Shown here one piece after another: positions 62,799-64,000 of a DNA stretch of 64,000 nt. This DNA comes from Scyliorhinus canicula (Eukaryota), in the NCBI RefSeq assembly GCF_902713615.1, contig NW_024055478.1, positions 740,363-804,362 on the forward strand, in the 5' to 3' direction. The notes under the pieces are model-generated. The model was not told the DNA's origin, did no database searches, and was given only the letters and a program-made list of their open reading frames with translations. Positions within the stretch are counted from its first letter, which is position 1, and each line of letters opens with the position of its first letter. Both the position numbers and the translations under genes were made by a program.

Positions 62799-63120
62799 AT
62801 TAAAGCCGCTGTCCAGTGATTTACACTGTTGTCTGACTGCATACAGCCCGTGTTACTGAAAGTATTAAAGCAGCTGCCCAGTGATCTACACTGCTGTCTG
62901 ACTGTACACAGCCGGTGTTACTGAAAGTATTAAAGCTGCTGTCAGTGATCTACACTGCTGTCTGACTTTACACAGCCGGTGTTACTGAAAGTATTAAAGC
63001 AGCTGCCCAGTGATCTACACTGCTGTCTGACTGCACACAGCCCGTGTTACTGACAGTATTAAAGCAGCTGCCCAGTGATCTACACTGCTGTCTGACTGTA
63101 CACAGCCGGTGTTACTGAAA
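62799..63120 (+). repeat. 65-bp tandem repeat, ~5 copies
   Basis: Unit GTGATCTACACTGCTGTCTGACTGTACACAGCCGGTGTTACTGAAAGTATTAAAGCAGCTGCCCA starts at 62816, 62881, 62945, 63010 and 63075 (partial). Confidence 0.92.
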
Positions 63121-63289
63121 GCTGATCAATGTGGAGAATCAGGACAGGATCGATGGAGAGGAAGAGGAGGAGGTGGGGGTGGTGGAGCCGAATGGAGGAG
63201 CCCCCAGCTCGGCTGTGGACAACAAGCAACAGAAAGCTGAGACTCGGCCCTGGAATGATCATTCAACCCACTCCCCCCTCCCCTCAGGC

Positions 63290-64000
63290 ACGCACCCTCA
63301 TTTGTCCACAATCACTCGTCCACATCCTCACTCACACACCCTCATGTACAATCAGACACCCACTCTCACTCACCCTCACTCGATGACTCTCACTCACACA
63401 CCCTCACTTACCCACCCTTACTGACTCTAAATCACTCACACTCACTCACTCTCAATAAGTCACCTTCACTCACTCATTCTCACGCACGCATGCTCACTCA
63501 CTCACCCTTACTCACCCATCCTCACTCACTCACCCAACCTGACTCCCTCCTTCTCACTCACTCAACGCCACTCACTCACCCACCCTCTCTCAGTCACCTA
63601 AACTCAGTCAGCCTCACTCAAAAACTCACCGTCACTCACCTCACCCATCGTCACTCACTCATACTCACCCACCCACCCTCATATACTCACTCTCCGGGTA
63701 GCACGGTGGCCTAGTGGTTAGCACAACCGCCTCACGGCGCTGAGGTCCCAGGTTCGAATCCCGGCCCTGAGTCACTGTCTGTGTGGAGTTTGCACATTCT
63801 CCCCGTGTCTGCGTGGGTTTCACCCCCACAACCCAAAAATGTGCAGAGTAGGTGGATTGGCCACACTAAATTGCCCCTTAATTGGAAAAAATAATTGGGT
63901 AATCTAAATTTTAAAAAATATATATATATATACTCACTCTCACTCTCCTACCCTAATCACTCACACTCGCTTACCCACCCTCACTCACCCATCCTCAATC
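63290..64000. repeat. (TCAC)n-type low-complexity tract with a SINE at ~63696-63915
   Basis: Degenerate CTCACTCACC units. Confidence 0.85.

Noticed and set aside
62799-63120. CRISPR-like array
   Set aside because: Vertebrate DNA; contiguous repeats with no unique spacers.
53656-64000. Ig or TCR constant-region exons
   Set aside because: No C1-set motif (CLxxxFxP, WxxN, YxCxVxH) seen in the ORF track or by eye. Short or decayed exons could have been missed.

Overview
Eukaryotic genomic DNA from a cartilaginous fish. The SINE/CR1 repertoire and IgH leader type suggest a shark, possibly a catshark (inference). Bases 1-41.8 kb hold a T-cell receptor alpha/delta-type V-segment array with 13 recognisable V segments in both orientations. 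Most have a split leader (phase-1 intron) and a 3' 23-bp-spacer RSS. About 6 look intact and 7 are defective or relics. After an ~11 kb gap with no V segments comes an immunoglobulin heavy-chain (IgM-type) unit. Its VH is already fused to D sequence and followed by a 12-RSS, then a single JH with a 23-RSS and splice donor. No constant exon is recognisable in the remaining ~10 kb. The VH and JH carry non-canonical cysteines, and a flush D-J join would be in frame. Other notable items: a tRNA-Asp(GTC) gene inside a V leader intron, a V fragment with RSS inserted into a CR1 LINE, CTCF-like motifs next to V RSSs, and CRE motifs in V promoters. There are many tRNA-derived SINEs, CR1 and Rex/Babar LINE fragments, AC-rich tracts and an 884-N assembly gap. 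Most ORFs in the supplied track are spurious (SINE or low-complexity). All coordinates were read by hand, and repeat boundaries are approximate.
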